Part shown: one piece after another, positions 59,394 through 64,000 of the stretch
Layout: the number at the start of each line of letters is the position of its first letter
Position numbering within the stretch: position 1 is the first letter of the stretch
Assembly: GCF_006345805.1 (NCBI RefSeq)
Contig: NC_043001.1
Span: forward strand, 25,296,001 to 25,360,000
Length of the DNA: 64,000 nt
Reading direction: 5' to 3'
Origin: Octopus sinensis
Lineage: Eukaryota
Translations under genes and position numbers: made by a program
The notes under the pieces: model-generated
What the model saw: only the letters and a program-made list of their open reading frames with translations
What the model was told of the DNA's origin: nothing
Database searches by the model: none

Positions 59394-59785
59394 GATGTCA
59401 CTGTATTGACCATACTATCAGATGTCATCCACATCTGGTCACAATGTGCTTCCAACTCTTTCTTGACTGCACCAATCTTTTCCCAGCTCTTCCCAGTCAC
59501 AAGGTTCATGAGCTGGGTTGGACAGAACTTGATGCTTTCCGTATCCTGTGATCACATCATTCACTCTGCTCTGTTATTGAATTATCTCATTTCAAATATG
59601 TTCTCATAATGATATTCCTAGCATCGATCTTTCCATGGCTCTTTGCATCATAGCCAATCAATATTCTTCCTTCTTCATAGTATCCCACATCTGACTTGCG
59701 GATAAGAGTGCATGTAAGACATTACTATTGAAGAGTCTGGCATATATGGTCATGTCCAACTTTGCTTTGAGCAACTTTTACTTGT
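59394..59785 (-). mobile_element. RTE-1-like LINE 3' fragment
   Basis: ARLFNSNVLHALLSASQMWDTMKKEEY*LAMMQRAMERSMLGISL*EHI*NEII; tail cacattgtgaccag..acatctgatag followed by (TA)n. Confidence 0.85.
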
Positions 59786-59810
59786 TCAACTTTTACTTTG
59801 ATTTTAGTAT

Positions 59811-59851
<41 letters not shown>

Positions 59852-59949
59852 TATTATTCTCCTACTTATAGGATAATAAATATTAACGATTCATTGCTAT
59901 AGATTACATTTATAACTTCTGTTCTAAACTACTTTTTTTATCTTTTTGA

Positions 59950-60215
59950 GCTTGGTGTTTATTCTGTCAGTTTCTTTTGTTGAACTACTAAGTTACAAGG
60001 ACATAAATAGATGAATACTGGCTATCAAACAGTGATGGGGGACAAACACACACACACACACTTCTTTCAGTTTCTATCTATCACATCCACTTATAAGGTT
60101 TTGGTTGACCCAAGGTCATAGAAGACATTTGCCCAAAGTGTCACACTGTGGGACTGAACCCGGAATCATATGGTTGGGAAACAAGCTTCTTAGCACACAC
60201 AGCCATGCCTGCACC
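59950..60215 (-). mobile_element. Old SINE family A
   Basis: cttttgttgaactactaagttac...catttgcccaaagtgtcacactgtgggactgaacccgg...cacacagccatgcctg. Confidence 0.8.
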
Positions 60216-60539
60216 TAGATTCTTTTCAAATTTAATCTAACCTCTATTCAGTTTTATAACCCCAGTATCATCTCTGCCCAGCTTTCATATTCCATTTCTT
60301 GATTTCTATGTACCTAAATGTTTCACATGTTGAGCAGTCATTAAGCTTTCCTTTGCTTGTTGTTTTAATCCAGTCATACATTTTACATTGCAAATATTCA
60401 TGTATCAACTCCTTTGTTTATCACTTTGTAACTTTGTATTTTATCTTCTCCATCTATGTAGGTATGCTTCACACATTTTTAGCATCTTTGTTTATACATT
60501 TAAGAGATTCATTTGGAGGAAGAAAGGGGAATGACAATG

Positions 60540-60640
60540 TGCAATTTTACTTTCATACCTAGATGTCATCTGCATACCTCTTCTATTTTTCCTTCATTCC
60601 ATACTTTTCTTTTCTCATCACTTGTCAGACCATTTATGAT
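60540..60640 (-). mobile_element. Possible ancient LINE RT remnant (RYADDI)
   Basis: Only the AGG TAT GCA GAT GAC ATC hexapeptide is recognisable. Confidence 0.25.
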
Positions 60641-61139
60641 TGCTTGAATTTTTTTACCCTCAAATAGGCTACTTCTAGCTTCTATTCAAACATTTCTTTC
60701 CCTCCACTATACTACCATTCCTCAGCTGGCAGTGACATGTAGTAAACTACTCTTCTCTTTGTTACCAGCCACATTCTTAAATAGTTTTCTTCTTCTTCTT
60801 TTTGTGGGGTTTCTTTTGTATTGCATTATATAGTTGCTCTACAACTTTTTTTTTTCTATACTCTCAGAATATTACATTAGGAAATCCATAAATTGATTAG
60901 CAAATTCATTTTAAAAAATCATTTTCCTCATTAATGTCTTTGGCTCAATTTCTTAATTACTAGTTCTCTGCAAAATAATAATGTAACTAACTAGAAAGAT
61001 AATCCAATTAAAATGCTCTTTCCATAATTCCTCTGTAGCTGTAAGATGAAGTTTAAAAAGATAGGATGTCAGTTTTTCAGTTTGTTAATTCTATGGTGTG
61101 TATTTATAGTTATGATCTGTCTGTGAAGAGAATGATAAA

Positions 61140-61323
61140 CCCTTTCACATTCCCTTTACTCTGTCAAATGCAATGCTTATTTATTCACATTGTTTTGAAT
61201 TAATCATGTATTATCTCATAGCTTCAAGATTTAAATGATGTGATTGAGGCCAGACCAGGCCAGTTTGAACATAAAACAAGTAGAACATTTAGGCCAGATA
61301 TGATCGATTTAAATACAAAAGTG
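61140..61323 (-). mobile_element. TTAA MITE family 1, reverse orientation
   Basis: ccctttcac...ttcacattgttttgaattaatcatg...gtttgaacataaaaca...aaaagtg-ttaa. Confidence 0.75.
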
Positions 61324-61859
61324 TTAATAGTGAGAAAAATTATTTTATATTTTGTGCTACTAACCGTTCAACATGCAGTGGTAGGGTTCTTTACTATATG
61401 TTTTTTTGACAATTGTGATACCTCGAAGGGAAGAACTCTTGCATCCAGTTAGCCTAGGTTCCACACACTTGATATAGTTTAAAAATGCTCTGAAATAAAA
61501 GTTTTAATCATTTTAAAGCATTATTATTATTATTATTGTCTGCTAATAAATTGTTTTAATGAAAATTAGTAATATTGAAAAACAGTTGTCTACAGAAATT
61601 TATTCATGTCTGCAGAAAATATTCTTGCGGTCTTCTAAGCAATATATCATAAACCACAGAAACTATTAAAAGCCAATGGATTCAGTACTGTTGGGATATA
61701 AGGAATGAACCTACTACTAGTTAGGGCACCATTCTATGACAGATAGCATTTTCAAAAGATGTACTACAGTTAAGTGAACTTAGACACATAATTAGAAGCC
61801 TTATCCAAAGCTACAACAAAGCAGTAGCCATCCACCCAGCTAATTTCTTTGCCCACTAT

Positions 61860-62130
61860 TCCTGCAAAGGTCATAGGGGTAGAATCCTCAGGCACCTCCT
61901 CCACAGAGTCCTGTCAGAAGCAAGCACCATTACACTTTCTGGCTTCATTCCTAAGCATGGCCAACTGAAACTATGGATGTTATCCAACCATATCGTTTTT
62001 GCTCTGCTCTTTGGTCTCCTGCTGGTTGGTTCAGTTTGAAGAATCTATCTTGCAATTCTTTCCTGTGACATTCTAATTATATGTCCATAGTACTGGAACT
62101 GTAACGCCTCTATGCAGAGAAGTAGCAACT
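61860..62130 (-). mobile_element. Rex3/Expander-like RTE LINE 3' fragment
   Basis: IEALQFQYYGHIIRMSQERIAR*ILQTEPTSRRPKSRAKTIWLDNIHSFSWPCLG...DRTLWRRCLRILP. Confidence 0.75.
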
Positions 62131-62347
62131 CACCCTGGAGAGTAGCAACTCAACCCTGAGCTATGTAACAAGTATAAAACACGAGCAACAAATAAATTTG
62201 TATTTGATGTATAGATAGTCTAATTCTTATCTAATTAGCTTGTTCACTTCTTTATTGAGGCAAAAGTTTCAAATGAGGTTTAGTTAGATCTTCAAAACAA
62301 ATTACTTTGTATATTCATATTTTTGTGAATAAATTATAGCAGTTCAC

Positions 62348-62371
62348 CAGCTCTGGCAATAAGCCCACCGG
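62348..62371 (-). CDS. Candidate 24-nt microexon xGGLIARA
   Basis: tttattcttttcttagttacag acceptor, CTG|gtgaac donor, phase 1-1, compatible with the 58063 exon. Confidence 0.2.
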
Positions 62372-62489
62372 CTGTAACTAAGAAAAGAATAAATCAGAAA
62401 TAACTGAGATTATTTGGAATTATGTTCTTTGGAATGTGAAGAAGGTAAGGCAAATGAATTTCATTAACGAGCCAGTTACCTTATATATA

Positions 62490-62720
62490 TATTTTTTTAC
62501 TACCCACAAGGGGCTAAACATAGAGGGGACAAACAAGGACAGACAAAGGGATTAAGTCGATTACATCGACCCAGTGCGAAACTGGTACTTTATTTATCGA
62601 CCCCGAGAGGATGAAAGGCAAAGTCGACCTCGGCGGAATTTGAACTCAGAATGTAACGACAGACGAAATACCGCTAAGCATTTCGCCCGGCGCGCTAACG
62701 TTTCTGCCAGCTCGCCGCCT
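62490..62720 (-). mobile_element. Young SINE B1 with 14-bp TSD
   Basis: ttaccttatatata at 62476 and 62730; CpGs in the head are intact. Confidence 0.93.
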
Positions 62721-62788
62721 ATATAATATTTACCTTATATATAATTCACTTGACAGCATATCATTGATAACCTTAAAAGAACTACATA

Positions 62789-63282
62789 CCGTAAATCCTT
62801 GAGTATAATCCGCATTTTTTCCCCAAAATTTAAAGGTCAAAATCCCTAGTGCGTATTATACACAAGGTTAAAAATGAAAATTATCTTCTAAGCAATGTCC
62901 GAGTCTCTATTTGCTATCCGGCAATGTTTATTCAGACGCATTTTGTGATGTCAGGCGTGAAAATACTTAAGCTAAGCCTGAAAGCAATGAAGTCATAAAA
63001 GAATCATCCATAACTTGCAGTAAGCAACATTTATTAAATGTTATTACTGTTATTTCTTTATTTTCTGCAAATACAATGCACAAAAATGCTATATGTTTGC
63101 ATTATGTTATATATACAATAATAATAAAGGATGTTACCGTATACATTTTTACAAACCAAGGACGTTATATAAACCTCCTTGACTCAAGTTAGAGAAGGGA
63201 TGTGTATTATACACAAGGTTTAGGTTTTTCAGAGGTACAGCCCCCTAAAAATCCCCTGTGTATTATGCTCAAGGATTTACAG
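62789..63282. mobile_element. pogo/Tigger-like non-autonomous DNA element
   Basis: ta-CCGTAAATCCTTGAGTATAAT ... ATTATGCTCAAGGATTTACAG-ta; internal copies of gtattatacacaaggtt. Confidence 0.85.
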
Positions 63283-64000
63283 TATTGTTTATTTAGAAGC
63301 CAACTTATTCAAGAAGGTATCATTTTTATCAATTGCAATTTCTTAATTTTTTGTTTTAGCTGAATATACTGAATCCAAATTCATGGATCATTTTTGATAC
63401 AAAATAATATTCAATATGGTCAAGTGTATATTGTAACTAAGTGATTTACTGAATAGTTTACATGAGAAAACACAAAAACTAGCTTATTTTGAGTCTAGAA
63501 CTGTTACATATACAAGGATCACATTTTGTAGTAATTAGTAAGAATGTGATGCCATTAGTTTCTATGCCCAATTTCCATAGTTCCCTCACTCCATCCTATC
63601 CAATCTATTCAACTACTATAACATCTGGTGCCTCAGTTATGACCAGTTTGTTTGTCTCTTTGATTAATTGCTTGAGTCTCTATTCTGGTATCTTGAAATA
63701 CTGGAGATAGAAAGTCCTTATTACAGTAATGATTAATGAGAATTTTTTTTTTTTCTTAAATTTGCTTTTTAGCAACAAGCTATTTCCAGTATATTTTTGG
63801 TCAAGCAACAATTTGGGCGAAAATAAAATCAATTTTCTGAAACTGAAGTACAATAGATATACAGTTTGTACAATATATATATATGAAATAAGTTACAAAA
63901 GACAAAATCAAATATAAATACGTTCACACACATGGATACATAGCAACAAGATTTCTTTTAGATATCAGCAGCTAAAATAGTCAGGAAAGCAAAACACAAA

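Noticed and set aside
63489-63710. 73-aa plus ORF and a minus-strand acceptor at about 63700
   Set aside because: No recognisable motif; minus frames close early.
1-64000. CRISPR arrays, rRNA, snRNA or prokaryotic operons
   Set aside because: No regularly spaced repeat-spacer array, no rRNA or snRNA motifs recognised, and the sequence is clearly eukaryotic intronic or intergenic DNA.

Overview
AT-rich, repeat-dense eukaryotic DNA. The SINE, RTE, Dong/R4, Tc1/mariner and microsatellite content looks like an octopod cephalopod genome; this is inferred, not database-verified. There is no long intact ORF, and almost all ORF-track entries are repeat- or microsatellite-derived. The window contains: (i) several tRNA-headed SINE families, labelled A-G here, some sharing heads and swapping tails, with matching RTE LINE 3' ends for families C and D inside the window; (ii) decayed RTE, Rex3/Expander-like and Dong/R4 LINE fragments; (iii) Tc1, mariner, DD37D-like, pogo/Tigger-like, hAT and TTAA (piggyBac-like) DNA elements with identifiable TIRs and TSDs; (iv) scattered candidate exons, the best being a minus-strand Cys-rich exon at 4929-5049 that joins in frame to a signal-peptide-like start near a CpG-enriched region at about 22.4-22.8 kb. 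The most interesting signal is a set of three unrelated short elements that each carry a foldable type-I hammerhead-ribozyme motif in a Penelope-like pLTR architecture: 32466-32533, 49726-49771, and a core variant at 59243-59278. One of them is fused to a tRNA-derived Pol III head and bounded by a 9-bp TSD. All structures were folded and aligned by eye; none was computed or searched.
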